Source: Octopus sinensis (taxonomy: Eukaryota). Taken from it: 64,000 bases of DNA. A model generated the notes under the pieces. It saw only the letters and a program-made list of their open reading frames with translations. It was not told where the DNA came from and did no database searches. The DNA is taken from positions 50,418,464 through 50,482,463 of the forward strand of contig NC_043011.1 in NCBI RefSeq assembly GCF_006345805.1, read 5' to 3'. Within the stretch, counting starts at the first letter, position 1. Each line of letters begins with the position of its first letter. A program made the translations under genes and the position numbers. Shown piece by piece: positions 1 to 12,610 of the stretch.

Positions 1-290
1 TTGCTACCTAACTCAGATACCAGGAAACCCCAAAATGGCAGAAATTCAAAAGATAGTGCTCATGGGAACAGCTCATATCCTACGCAAAATACTTTTTATG
101 TAATCTCAGGATTTAAAACAAACATAATTTTTTGGGGGGACATTCACTAGTACAACACCAAAAAAAAAGAACCCAAATATATGGCTCACTAGGCATAACA
201 AAAACATGAACTTCTAGCCTGTTGTCTCTTGAGGTCTCTGGGTGAGACTTGGAGCCAACTTGTACAGACATAAAGCAAAAGTCAAACATA
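1..290 (+). mobile_element. R4/Dong-like non-LTR retrotransposon 3' end (subfamily A), runs off the left edge
   Basis: Translates ...YLTQIPGNPKMAEIQKIVLMGTAHILRKIL, the C-terminus typical of REL-endonuclease LINEs. The 3' UTR matches the copy at 40940-41614 and ends in (TAA)n. Confidence 0.8.
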
Positions 291-315
291 TAATAATAAT
301 ATAATAATAATAATA

Positions 316-351
<36 letters not shown>

Positions 352-411
352 TTACACATTCTGAAGAAGGCAGGTATCATAGTTTTTAATGATACATAAT
401 GAACAATTACA

Positions 412-954
412 CAAGTAGTGTCTCTCGTGATTTCTGATTTTAACTGATTGGAAGTGTTACCGTGTACATTATTTTGTCTTGGTATAAAAGATGGGCTACA
501 GCGAATATTCGACTCAATACCGCAAATCTTCTTGTCAGTTCTTTTACCTTAACTAGTTGACCATGTCCGTCAGTTAGTGGCTGACGATATGTGCATCTCT
601 GATCACGATCAGAAGTAGTGGGGGAGCATCATAGCCGTGTGTTGAGAGGGATTCTTTGGGGTTTGGATAATTCACCTCTGAAAACATGGGTGTTTCGTTC
701 AACATCCTTAAACAACCCTTATTCAAGGACCTTTAGAGCGGGATGGGCTACTCTATCTGAACAAAATTCTAACTGGGTTCCACCTGCAAGGTCATGCGTT
801 GTTTATCTTGATATGAGATCACCATGTCGCGCACATATGGTTGTGATGCATGTGCCTAGTGTACCCTTATCAGACGGGTAGTCATGATGGGTATACTGGG
901 ATTCGTATATTTTACCCCAGTATCACTTTGATGGCATACACTGCTCTGTCACTC
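412..954 (+). mobile_element. Unclassified ~555-bp TAA-embedded interspersed element, copy 1 (strand assigned from the TAA tail)
   Basis: Colinear with copies at 29112-29665, 39704-40256, 40304-40840 and 41652-42196. Ends ...ctgctctgtcactc-(AAT)n. Confidence 0.8.
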
Positions 955-982
955 AATAATAATAATAATAGTAGCAGTATTA

Positions 983-1073
<91 letters not shown>

Positions 1074-1074
<1 letters not shown>

Positions 1075-1500
1075 CCTTTCAACTATAAGCACAAGGGGCT
1101 GATTGTTGCCTATCTCAGATACAACGAAATACAAAAATGGAAAATATTTTTAAAATAGTGCTCATGGGAACCGCTCATATCCTTCGGAAAATATTGTCTT
1201 TCTAATCCCCGAAACATTTTAATCTGTAAACATTATCAAAAGTATTTTTAAATTTTCATAACAGCACACACCTGTTATTGCTCTCTTAAGATCACACACT
1301 CATCAAATTACTTTTAAAACAAACTTCTAAATTTCTTATGCTTTGACAGACATTCTCAAGAACAATACTCTGTACAAAACCAAATATATGGCATCCTATT
1401 CATAACACCAACTTTCACTTCTAGCTTGTTGTCTCTTGAGGTCACTAGGTGACACTTGGAATTAACTTGTACAAATACAAAGCAAAAGAAACCATGAAAT
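1074..1500 (+). mobile_element. R4/Dong-like 3' fragment (diverged subfamily A')
   Basis: KIVLMGTAHILRKILS remnant. 3' UTR resembles 175-290. Flanked by (TAG)n and (TAA)n. Confidence 0.7.
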
Positions 1501-1522
1501 AATGATATTAATAATAATAATA

Positions 1523-1578
<56 letters not shown>

Positions 1579-1580
<2 letters not shown>

Positions 1581-1978
1581 TAGTTGTCACAGATTATCAA
1601 GAAAAATGTGTTTTCTAATTGATGTACCAATACCAACAGATGACAATGTTTCTCTAAAAGAAATGGAGAAACTTTCAAAATACAAAGACGTAGCAATAGA
1701 GGTAACTGGAATGTGGAGTCTAAAAACAAACAATTCCTATCAAAGTAGGCGAATTAGGTATGATAAAAAATGTTCAGACAAATACATAACAAAAACACCA
1801 GGACTAACAAGTATATATATAACATACAAAAAATAGCTCTACTAGGCACCGCACATATCCTACGTAAAACACTTTCAATACAATAAAAATAAGAGCGTCA
1901 TAACAAACCACAGCACAAGCCCAAGGCACACAGAGCTATGCTCGGTAGTGCAGTGAAAACACGTGATAAAAATAAGAA
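1579..1978 (+). mobile_element. R4/Dong-like 3' fragment (subfamily B), frameshifted
   Basis: CFLIDVPIPTDDNVSLKEMEKLSKYKD...LGTAHILRKTL, homologous to 2411-2852. Starts directly after (TAA)n. Confidence 0.8.
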
Positions 1979-1984
1979 TTCGGA

Positions 1985-2213
1985 GACCCCCTTCGGTCAC
2001 GACACAGACCATGGGATTGCACCTAGAAAGTTACCCTCCTAGACACAAGTCCGGGCGAGATTGTTTATGGAAGACCAGCAGTCGCCCATGCATACCAGCC
2101 TCCCCTCTCCACGCCACCAGTGTTATCCAAGGGAAAGACAAAGGTCGATACAGCTTGGCACCAGTGACGTCGCAACTCATTTCTACAGCTGAGTGAACTG
2201 GAGCAACGAGAAA
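1985..2213 (-). mobile_element. SINE type 5, 3' part (head missing at the TAA array)
   Basis: Highly similar to part of 53952-54289. Confidence 0.8.
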
Positions 2214-2224
2214 ATAAGAATACT

Positions 2225-2254
2225 GAATAATAATAAGAAGAAGAATAAGAATAG

Positions 2255-2326
<72 letters not shown>

Positions 2327-2347
2327 GTAATGATGATGATGATGATG

Positions 2348-2410
<63 letters not shown>
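2225..2410. repeat. (TAA)n/(TGA)n microsatellite
   Basis: Direct inspection. Confidence 0.95.
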
Positions 2411-2411
<1 letters not shown>

Positions 2412-2848
2412 ACACAGATAGAGAAATTAAGGCCAACAGACCAGATATAGTTGTCAGAGATCATGAAGAAAAAAATGCTTTCTAATTGATGTATCAATAC
2501 CGGCAGATGACAACGTGTCTCTAAAAGAAATGGAGAAACTCTCAAAATACAAAGACCTGGAAATAGAGATAACTAGAATGTGGAACCTGAAAACAGAAAC
2601 AATTCCTATCATAATAGGTGCATTAGGCATGATAAAAAAATATTCAGACAAATACATAACAAAAACACCAGGACTTACAAACACATATAACATACAGAAA
2701 ATTGCACTACTAGGCACTGCACACATCCTACGCAGAACACTTTCCATACAATAACCATCAGAGCATCACAACAAATCACAGCACATACCCAAGGCACACA
2801 GAGCTGCGCTCGGTAGTGAAGTGAAAGCACGCTATAAAAATAAAACTA

Positions 2849-2852
<4 letters not shown>
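2411..2852 (+). mobile_element. R4/Dong-like 3' fragment (subfamily B) with restriction-like endonuclease remnant
   Basis: HTDREIKANRPDIVVRDHEE, a 1-bp slip in an A-run, then KCFLIDVSIPADDNVSLKEMEKLSKYKDLEIEITRMW...ALLGTAHILRRTLSIQ*. PD-(D/E)xK-type motif. (TAA)n on both sides. Confidence 0.88.
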
Positions 2853-2928
<76 letters not shown>

Positions 2929-3060
2929 GACCACTCAGAGTGCAAAAGTCCTCTCAACGATTTTTAAAACGAAAATACTAAAAATTAACCCGACCGCTCT
3001 CAAAAGTTAACTTAAAAAATCGGAAAAATAATCCAGTCCTTGTTTGGTACCTGATCCATC

Positions 3061-3310
3061 TCAATGGTAGTCATTGAATGTGAGGGTGGGTGTGCGGGCC
3101 GTGTTTGTAATTCCGTGTGTGTCGTCTGCAGTAGGGACCGGGACAGTTTTGTCTATGAAGGCTGTTTTTAGTCTATCCACTGATATAGTGTCTTTACGAC
3201 CATTAAGGTCTCTTGTGAAAACTTTATCTGTGCGTGAAAGAAAACAGAAAAGACCAGCATACGGTGCAGTTAACGGGGGTTTAAAAACATCGTTGCGCAC
3301 TAAAACGTGA
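3061..3310 (-). mobile_element. Ty3/Gypsy integrase C-terminal (GPY/F-like) remnant
   Basis: RNDVFKPPLTAPYAGLF..LSRTDKVFTRDLNGRKDTISVDRLKTAF matches the pattern VRxPLxxPYxGPYxV...GRxxTVSxDRLKPA. Confidence 0.75.
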
Positions 3311-4012
3311 CTCCAAGTAGTAAAGCGTCCTTCAAGGCAGAGCTAGAAATGCAATTGTCAAGTAGGTAAGAGGTTTTAAAGAGGATCGATATATTCAAAA
3401 TTGGTAAAACTAAAAAAATATCGAGGGTAAATTAAATTTATTATTGTTTCTGAAAATGTTATTGTTATTTAATATCTGAACGGTTTTGTAATTTTATTTC
3501 TTTATCCATCATACTGTACTAAGATAGAGACGCGAGTAATATTGATTATAGAGAAACGAAAACAAATCTTTGGAAACAGCAACGTCGCCATGATTTACGC
3601 GGAAACCATGATCGTACTTTCAAGGGAGATAATCAGACAAAGAATTGAAAGTCAACGTAAGATCGTAATACTTCATGTAAAGTAAAATAAATATAAAGTA
3701 AATAATCCAGAACCTTTGTCCGGTATCGGATGCGAATTTTATTTTTCCACGAAAGTTCCGGGCCCCATTTATGAGCCTATTTGCATGCAGCCAATCACAG
3801 CTCAACTATGAAACTAGTGTCCACTTAGTCACGAAAATACTCTGGCTGAGTTCAGTAGAAAATGTTCTAACTGGGTTAATAGGAGTGACAAATGTAAAAT
3901 TTAGTGTATAAAGTGAATGGAGAGCTGCTAACCGATGATGCCAGAAGTGTTGCCAATTTGCATAATTTACTAGAAAATGTAAATGAGTGAAGTTTCCTAA
4001 ATTTTTCTACTC

Positions 4013-4405
4013 TACTCTAGGCGCAAGGCTCGAAATTTTGGGGGAGGGGACAGTCGATTAGATCGAGCCCAGTACGCCATTGGTACTTAATTTATCGACT
4101 CCGAAAAGGATGAAAGGCAAAGTTGACTTCGGCGGAATTTGAACTCAGAACGTAGCGGCAGACGAAATACCTATTTCTTTACTACCCACAAGGGGCTAAA
4201 CACAGAGAGGACAAACAAGGACAGACAAACGGATTAAGTCAATTTTATCGACCCCAGTGCGTAACTGGCACTTATTTAATCGACCCAGTAAAGGATGAAA
4301 TGTAAAGTCGACCTCGGCGGAATTTGAACTCAGAACGTAGCGGCAGACGAAATACCGCTAAGCATTTCGCCCGGTGTGCTAACGTTTCTGCCAGCTCACT
4401 GCCTT
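4013..4405 (-). mobile_element. tRNA-derived SINE type 2, dimeric
   Basis: Head ggcagtgagctggcagaaacgttagc, B-box-like gagttcaaattcc, central gtcgactttgcctttcatccttt motif (resembles the Meta-SINE domain, from memory). Homologous to 52948-53368 and 61690-61895. Confidence 0.8.
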
Positions 4406-5528
4406 ACAAGGTATATTTTTTAAACAAGCTAATCATTCGCTAATCGCGACACCAGCACCTGCTCTGGCATTGTTACTCTATATATCACTGCTACCTCTAG
4501 CGGTCGAGTATCCAGCATTGACAAAACCAAGGAGGATCGAAATCACGTGACCTAGTGGTCTCAGCGCTGGAGGTGGCTTGGATCTATCTCCTCCCATGGA
4601 TATAAATAAGAGTGAATCTTGTACCAAAGGCCAATATGAGAACTCCTACTGCAGTATAATTTAGTGTAACAGATCATCCACATTTAAGTGGAGACAAATA
4701 TTACCTCTCTGGTTTAATACAGCCCCCTGTCGCTAATATACATATTTTAACAATGATTACTTCGTCCATCTACAGAACTTTTGTTACTACTTTTAAGTTT
4801 ATATCTATGCTTACGTGTTTCAATTATATCTATGTTCATATCACTCTTTTTTTACTGTTCGTATTTTGTAATGTTAGCATAACTTTCAGTTTAGCAGATT
4901 TTCTAGACACATTTTAAAGTTGCAATTTTGTTTTTGTTTTTAAAATTAAATTCTGCCGTGTTTCATTGTCTCTTTACAACGGTCTGTTACTCCAGCTTCT
5001 GGCTTTCTAAATAAACTTCTTGTAGACAGAAAATAGTTCCTTGTGTGTGTGTGTGTCTTTTTTTTCTTCGTACGGTTGTACTTATTTGTTTTCGCCTTCC
5101 ATTGTGTTTTTACTAAATATTTTTGCAGTCGTTTTGTGAATATTAAATAATAGTTTTCAAGCTACATGAGGCCACAACATGGAGTGTTAGCTATAATCTT
5201 TCTGAATAAAATTTTGAACTTTTTTCTGCTTCTTTAGAGAGGCGGCCATTAACTTTCTCGTTTAGCTTCTTCTTTCAGTCTTCCTAATTTATTTCACACC
5301 AGCTCGAGAATATTTGAGCTATAACTTAAATAAATAATAACACCAAAGAATGTGATACAGTGGGAATTTAGACATTACTAAACAAAAACCTAGAATAGGT
5401 GATAAAGCATATAATACACGTCACAGGTATCCACAACCACCGGGTGGCACACAAAGAATAATTTTATATTTTGTTTTATGTATTTATATGTGTTTGTGCG
5501 TGTGTGTATGTCTGTGTGTGTGCTTGTG

Positions 5529-5595
<67 letters not shown>

Positions 5596-5834
5596 ATTTA
5601 ATCGCACGTGGATTGTTAGTGATTTTTCCTTATTTTTCCTTCTTTCTCTTCGAATTATCTCTTTCCGACGAAGAGCTATGCTCGAAACGTTAACAACGTT
5701 AACATCATTTCACCGAACGTCGAATTAATATATTTCTTCCGCACATGCTCACGTTTGGTTTTTTCTTTTTACATTTTTTCTCTGTTTTATTTGTTCTTCG
5801 AATTATGTATATATATATATACATATATATATAC

Positions 5835-5956
<122 letters not shown>

Positions 5957-6644
5957 AGAAACTGTTGTCACTCTTATTATTATTTTTCAAGTCAAAGAAG
6001 TAGCCCCCCTCCCCCCATCTTAGCCTGTTAATGAATTCCGTGGTTCGATGGACCAATGATTCCATGTATGCATTATTCGAGGGTATGGATATATTCTTTG
6101 TGGAAAAAACCTAGCCTTTGTTTATTCATTATGCAGCCTATATGAAGTGACTATCTCCAACATGCTTGAAAACGCCGAGGCATTCATATACTACCGAAAA
6201 ACTTGGGTTGTAAGAGGGCGAGTGAAAAATAAAGGGTTAAAAAGACTTCACATTAATTGTGAATTGGGTCCAATATCTAGATTAAAGCCGTAAAAACAGG
6301 CTCCTTTCCTTCGGCAAAACAATACACGAGAAATATAAATAAAAAATTATATATACCCGTACAAAACAGATTCGCACGTCCACATGCAAATATTTGCGCG
6401 TATAGATCAATGATAAGCCAGATTAATACTTTTTCCACGACAAGCACGGGTTTATTATCAAAATAGCTCCGCATAAAATGCTAATCCGATCCAGAGGAAA
6501 AATAATTAAATTATTCTATTTTATTAATTAATTCATACCAGAATATAAGGATAAAATTACGTTAATGATTTTTATCGATAGTCAGCATGCAATAAAAGAA
6601 ATTATAGGTAATTTATGAATTAGATTTATAATTATATATTTATA

Positions 6645-6777
6645 TGTATATAATTATATTTAAGGAGCAAGGACGAAATAAAACGACCTATTTCCAACAT
6701 AAGTGAAAATGCCGAGGCCTATTGGAGATAGGTCGTTTCTATTTTCGCCCTTGCTCTCTTAATATAATTACATACAC
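6645..6777. mobile_element. Small foldback/MITE-like inverted repeat
   Basis: Arms of ~53 bp (aaggagcaaggacgaaataaaacgacctatttccaa / ttggagataggtcgtttctattttcgcccttgctctctt) around a ~24-nt spacer. Confidence 0.6.
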
Positions 6778-6795
6778 ATATTTATAATTAATAAT

Positions 6796-6832
<37 letters not shown>

Positions 6833-6959
6833 ACAAAAGATCGTGGGTGGGCCAGAACAATGCGAAGTAAATGCAAGGCAAATCAAAAGAAAAGAAATAT
6901 ATGAATTAATATAGGCTTACCTTGTATTCAATATTTCGGGGTTATGACCCCATTTTTAA

Positions 6960-8400
6960 GTAATTAACGAATGTCGCCGATGTGCGTGTATGAGGCCGTA
7001 TGTAGGGTGGACATACTCGGAAAGGTATTGCTATAGCAACCAGCTAGCTTCCTGTAACTCCCTTCTGTTGTTGATCTTAGGTTTCTTTTGGTGTATGAAG
7101 ATGGCTTCAGAGATATTAAGTTGCCCCTGTTCAGCTGTATTGCCTTGATGTGCACTGAGAATTCCCGGGTCTGCCATTTCTACAGATGTTTCTTCACGGA
7201 AGTGTCCGCCTGTACGTGTTCCTTAATGCGTATATGCAGTTTTCTTGTTGTGCTTCCTATGTAGTATGCGCCACATTTGCCACAGATGATCTCGTATACA
7301 ACGTAGGACCTCTGGCACAATTGAAGGTCATTGATGGGATAGTTCTATAATGTGCACTCCTCGGAGTAGTGAGAGGTGTTGTTCTTAGATAGAACTTTTC
7401 TCAGGGAAGGGCCAGTGTGCATCAACTGTATGCCAAGTCCTTCCCTGAGGACTGCGTGTTGTATCGCTGCAGTAGTTCTGTCGTCAAAGTGTGGTAGCTT
7501 TAGGGAGCACATGCCGGACTTGGGGGTATGCTGGTTCTTCCGGGGTTTATTGATCTTGATGTTCATTAGGCGCCGTTGTTTAGCTAAAGATGATGGGTAA
7601 CCATTCAGGGTTAGGTATTGAAGGAACTGCTTGGTATTGACAGCTGTGTCGGTCACGTTGCTGCAATTGTTGTTTATACGTGTAATCTCGCTACTCACGT
7701 ATACGGCTTTGGCTCTGGTGGGTAAGGCTGATTGGTGGTAGTGGACGAAAAGTTTTCTATTAGCGGCTTTTCTGTAGAATTTGGTAAATATGGAGCTTTC
7801 CTCTGTGATCTTGAGTTGAAAGTCGAGTAGAGAGAGGGTTGACCTGACAAGAAGAATTGTTGTAAATCTATGTGCTGCCCTTGTGGCAAATTAAATGGAA
7901 TAAAGTAGCTTGTAAGAGGTTTTAGTGCCTCCTTCTTGTAAGAGGTTTGAAACCTCATATTGATTTTTAAAAAAAGAAAATGTTTTCGAGAAAAATCCAA
8001 TCGGCGGGTGTTGGGTTTCGTCTCTCATTTATTCATTTTATTTCATTTTCATTCATTAATGTGTTTGTCCAGCCCGCAAAGCTACACTATCTTTGTACTG
8101 TCTATGATGACAAATTTTATGAAATAGAGTAGAGAGAGAGTTCCGGATTCGTCTGGACGTTCAATCTCAAATTTGATGTTTAAGTCGGTGTTATTGAAGG
8201 TCCGGTGTATGTTAGTGGTCACATCCCCAGAGGACGTTATGATAAGGATGTCATCAACGTACCTGGAGAGAAAGATGCATGAGCGGCAGATGTTGAGCAC
8301 TGTACGTGATGGCCTTATGAATGACTCATGTACGTGATGGCCAGTAGGCGTGAAAGGCCACATCTAATACGTAGGCCGGAAGTCTGTTTGGCATTTATTC
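6960..8400 (-). mobile_element. Penelope-like element remnant (RT + GIY-YIG), disrupted
   Basis: RT motif SRYVDDILIIT...LNIKFEIE. GIY-YIG CQRSYVVYEIICGKCGAYYIGSTTRKLHIRIKEH at about 7215-7320. Contains stops and an unrelated segment at about 7700-8060. Confidence 0.85.
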
Positions 8401-9574
8401 TCAAGCTATGTAACATGTAGACGTAAGTATAAGCTATCTAACATGTAGCATAAGCTTATGCTTTATAGCATGAGGATATACGGTGAAGGTATATAATGTG
8501 TGACCATTAATATGCCACTAAACCACATACACACTACTATTTACTCCATTGAATCAAAACCATTTAAACATTTTTGAAGAATTTCAAGAAACATCTTTTG
8601 AGAAAGATCTGAAAACTTTTGGCATTTATTCTGATTATCTTTCAATATATTTTCTGTTGACAATGTCCGTGTTTACTATCATTAACCAAAAGTTCCATTA
8701 TTTAAAAATGTCATTTCATATTCTTTGCTCCTTACATTTTATCTTTCATTTATTCTTCATAACATTTTTAGTTGTTCTTCGTTGTATTTCTTCATACGTT
8801 TCATTCTTTTATTTTCTTCTTCCTTACATTATTTCTTTGTTCCTTTCTTTCGTTCTCTCTTTCTCATTTCAGATATTATTATCTATTTCTTTTACTTTTT
8901 TATTACATATTTATTTCTCTATATATTTCTTTTATCTTTCGTCTGTTCTTTCCAACTTTCCATCTTCTGTTAGTATCTTTCCAGTCCCATTAAACTCTTT
9001 CTTCTTTCTTTCTTTCTCCTCCTCCTCCCCTATCTTCCATTTTTCTTCCTCTCATCATCATCATCATCATCATTATCCATCCATCCATATTATCACCAAG
9101 AGTACTACCAGCACCAATACATATACAAATTTTTATATTCATTTAGTTAGTTATCCATTTATTTATTTATTTCAGTGACCCAAGAATCGTTAACTTAACC
9201 AATTCAATAGACTTGTCCATAGAAATCAATTTCTAAAGATTTTACAAAGAGGCCGTTCTAACATTCTATTGATTTGCCATTTAAAGTTCAGCCTCTAAAA
9301 TACATCACATGCGACTCATCGAAATTCCTTGCGATCTGCTCTACAATACAATCAACTCCGCAAAACTTAAACGTCATGCAGCCATATACATACATGCATA
9401 TACACACAAACATGTATGTGTACGTACATAAATATAAATATAAATAAATAAATAAATATATATATATATATAAATATAGATAAATATATATATATATATT
9501 ATAATATATTATTATATACCCATATATATCATATATATACATATATACGCATATATAATATTATATATCTTAAA

Positions 9575-9893
9575 AAGACTCCGCCGTTACGACGACGAGG
9601 GTCCCAGCTGATACGATCAACGGAACAGCTTGCTCGTGAAATTAACGTGCAAATGGCTGAGCATTCCACAGACACGTGTACCCTTAACGTAGTTCTTGGG
9701 GATAATCAGCGTGACACAGAGAGTGACAAGCTGACCCTTTGAAATACAAGTACAACTCATTTTTGCCAGCTGAGTGGACTGGAGCAACGTGAAATAAAGT
9801 CTCTTGCTCAAGGACACAACGCGTCGCCGGGAATCGAACTCACAACCTTACGATCATGAGCCGAATGCCCTAACCACTAAGCCACGCACCCTC
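9575..9893 (-). mobile_element. tRNA-derived SINE type 3 (CORE-like centre)
   Basis: A/B boxes (tggcttagtgg, gagttcgattcc) and gtgtccttgagcaag motif. Matches 42768-43091 and 63088-63410. Confidence 0.85.
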
Positions 9894-9895
9894 AC

Positions 9896-10120
<225 letters not shown>

Positions 10121-10504
10121 CACGTATACCATATATCATATATAAATATATGCACATATATATGTATGTGTGTGTGTGGGGGTTTAAGTATTATTATGCA
10201 TATACACGCACGCGTACATGTATATATGCAAGTACAATGTGTGAGTGTGTAAATGCAGTAATAAAAAACGACGAGATCACTTTGGAGGTGAATGATGCAT
10301 CTGTAACTTACTATGCGAATGTTAAATTCATTAAGAGAAAATAACTCTGAGCGGACAAAATATCAGTCCTCGACATTACAGTATTATCTCTCTTCATATC
10401 ACACAACAATTATATACTCCCGAGCAGCTGATATGCTATCAAACCTTAAAGAATACATGTGACATCACACTGAGCTTAGAGGTTTCACATTACATTTGTC
10501 TCAC

Positions 10505-10805
10505 TTCAAGTGAGATTAGTGATGTCAAAATGAGTTTAGCAGCTTCAGAGAGTGATTAATGATTTCAAAGGGAAATTATCTGCATCAAAGTGGCATTAGA
10601 CACGTCAAAGTCAGGTTAACGTTGACAAAGAAATGTTAGCAACGTCAAAGTAAGTTTTTTAAATCACAATGAGGTTTATAACATCAAAGTAGTGTTAGCA
10701 ACGTCAAAATGAGATTAGCCACGTTAAATTGGTGTTAGTAATGCCAATAGGAGATTAGTGACGTCAAAGTGAGTTTAGTGATGTTAACGTGAGATTAACG
10801 GCATC
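10505..10805. repeat. Degenerate 20-bp minisatellite (~15 units)
   Basis: Consensus approx. gtcaaagtgagattagtgac, phased every 20 nt. Confidence 0.75.
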
Positions 10806-11059
10806 TTTATCGTGGAAGAGACATTTTATAACAAAGTAAGATTACCTGAAATAAATTTAAATTAAAGAAACCTCTGAGTCCTTATGAGTGACTCATGGAC
10901 AATGTTCGTTGGTTCCGTTTTATCACACGTTCTCAGATCAAGTCATTTTCCTTTGTCACACAATTCTATCTCGTAATTTAGTAACACTATTTCCTTTAAA
11001 CTAAATCTGACTTCATTCATATTTTCTCTAACAAATTTCTTTTTATGATGCGTCATTGT

Positions 11060-11830
11060 AATGCCAATATATAACATGGGCTCTGACTAAATCACTGGAA
11101 CGAAAAGCTAGATGGAACATACACAAAACGTCTGAAAGCAGCATTTAACTTCAAATGACTGTCCCATATAACAAAGGAATATTCTTATTGGATTTTGGCA
11201 ATCTTCAATTTGTTACCTCCACCGTAAAAGAATGAATACTGAGATACATTGGACATTGCATTTGTAGCAATGATGAATTATTGAGTCACATAGTGGAAGC
11301 ACTCCGTCGGTTACGACGACGACGAGGGTTCCGGTTGATCCGAATCAACGGAACAGCCTGCTCGTGAAATTAACGTGTAAGTGGCTGAGTACTCCACAGA
11401 CACGTGTACCCTTAACGTAGTTCTCGGGGATATTCAGCGTGACACAGAGAGTGACAAGGCCGGCCCTTTGAAATACAGGTACAACAGAAACAGGAAGTAA
11501 GAGTGAGAGAAAGTTGTGGTGAAAGAGTACAGCAGGGATCACCACCATCCCCTGCCGGAGCCTCGTGGAGCTTTAGGTGTTTTCGCTCAATAAACACTCA
11601 CAACGCCCGGTCTGGGAATCGAAACCGCGATCCTACGACCGCGAGTCTGCTGCCCTAACCACTGGGCCATTGCGTCTCCTAGTCACATAGTAATGCGAGA
11701 ATCAACACACGGAAAATGATATAGAGTTCATACTTCCAACTGGTTCAAGATCCTGGTGTACTGAAGAACGACCAACCAAGAGCAATGCACGAGAGTTAAT
11801 TCTGTAGACACGTTACTGAAGGTGTTACTC
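11060..11830 (+). mobile_element. RTE-clade LINE C-terminal remnant interrupted by a SINE
   Basis: TWALTKSLERKLDGTYTKRLKAAFN...LRYIGHC...ELLSHIV, resuming after the SINE with ESTHGK... Confidence 0.65.
11295..11680 (-). mobile_element. tRNA-derived SINE type 4, full length with 11-bp TSD
   Basis: TSD agtcacatagt at 11284-11294 and 11681-11691. Homologous to 31143-31532. Confidence 0.9.
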
Positions 11831-12442
11831 TGCAGACGACGTGGTATGGTAGTAATTCCTTGTTAAGCTGCATCAAATGAACGTGGAACTATACTACGAA
11901 TGGAGTTCAACACTGCCCATGGTCAGATCTCAGGTCAGAGCTTCTGAAACATTTTAATTGACGCATTCTCACCAACTCTTTCCCATAAACCTTTCCTATG
12001 CTCGCCCCCCACACACAATCCATCACAATCAAATAAACCACAAATCAATTGTTGCTGTTTGGTTGGCCACCATTAAAAGACTACTTGGAAAGTGAAAACA
12101 GCATTGCAACCATTATTATTACTAAACGATTTGTACAAAGACTGAGAAATGGAAATGTTTTTGAAAAGTAAAAGAGGTACTTATCGTCTTCCGATGCTAT
12201 CGTGTACTGTCACCTCGGTACCCATATAAAATTTTCTGATAACCATTAGTGAGATAGGGGGCGATCAACCTGCTTTGAAAAATGCAAATTTCGAACGCAG
12301 TAAAGCTGTGAAAACAGAAGAAATATTGGTTATTTACCATTATAAGACGGAAATATATTGCCAGCAGGTGGCTACAGGAGTCTATCCCGTACCCCCCAAA
12401 TATCGGCTGAGTACTCTACCATTTAGGTAAAATATCCACTGA

Positions 12443-12610
12443 CAGCAGGCGTGGCTGTGTGGTAAAACGCTAGCTTTCCAACCACATGGTTCCGGGTCCA
12501 GTCCCACTGAGTGGCACCTTGGGCAAGTGTCTTCTACTATACACTCGGGCCGAACAAAGCCTTGTGAGTGGATTTGGAAGACAGAAACTGGAAGAAGCTC
12601 GTCGTATATA
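12443..12610 (+). mobile_element. tRNA-derived SINE type 1, head only
   Basis: gcaggcgtggctgtgtggt...ggttccgggtccagtcccactgagtggcaccttgggcaagtgtc, as in the full copy at 51357-51745. Confidence 0.85.

Noticed and set aside
618-881. ORFs inside the ~555-bp element copies (also 39854-40042 and 41812-42012)
   Set aside because: Reading frames are not preserved between copies.
1-2930. Repeat-spacer alternation resembling a CRISPR array
   Set aside because: The repeats are microsatellites of variable length and the spacers are retroelement fragments. Eukaryotic context, no cas genes.
8549-9178. 209-aa F/L/S-rich ORF
   Set aside because: Low-complexity T/C-rich DNA with a (CAT)n tract and no recognisable domain. 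The hydrophobicity is a compositional artefact.
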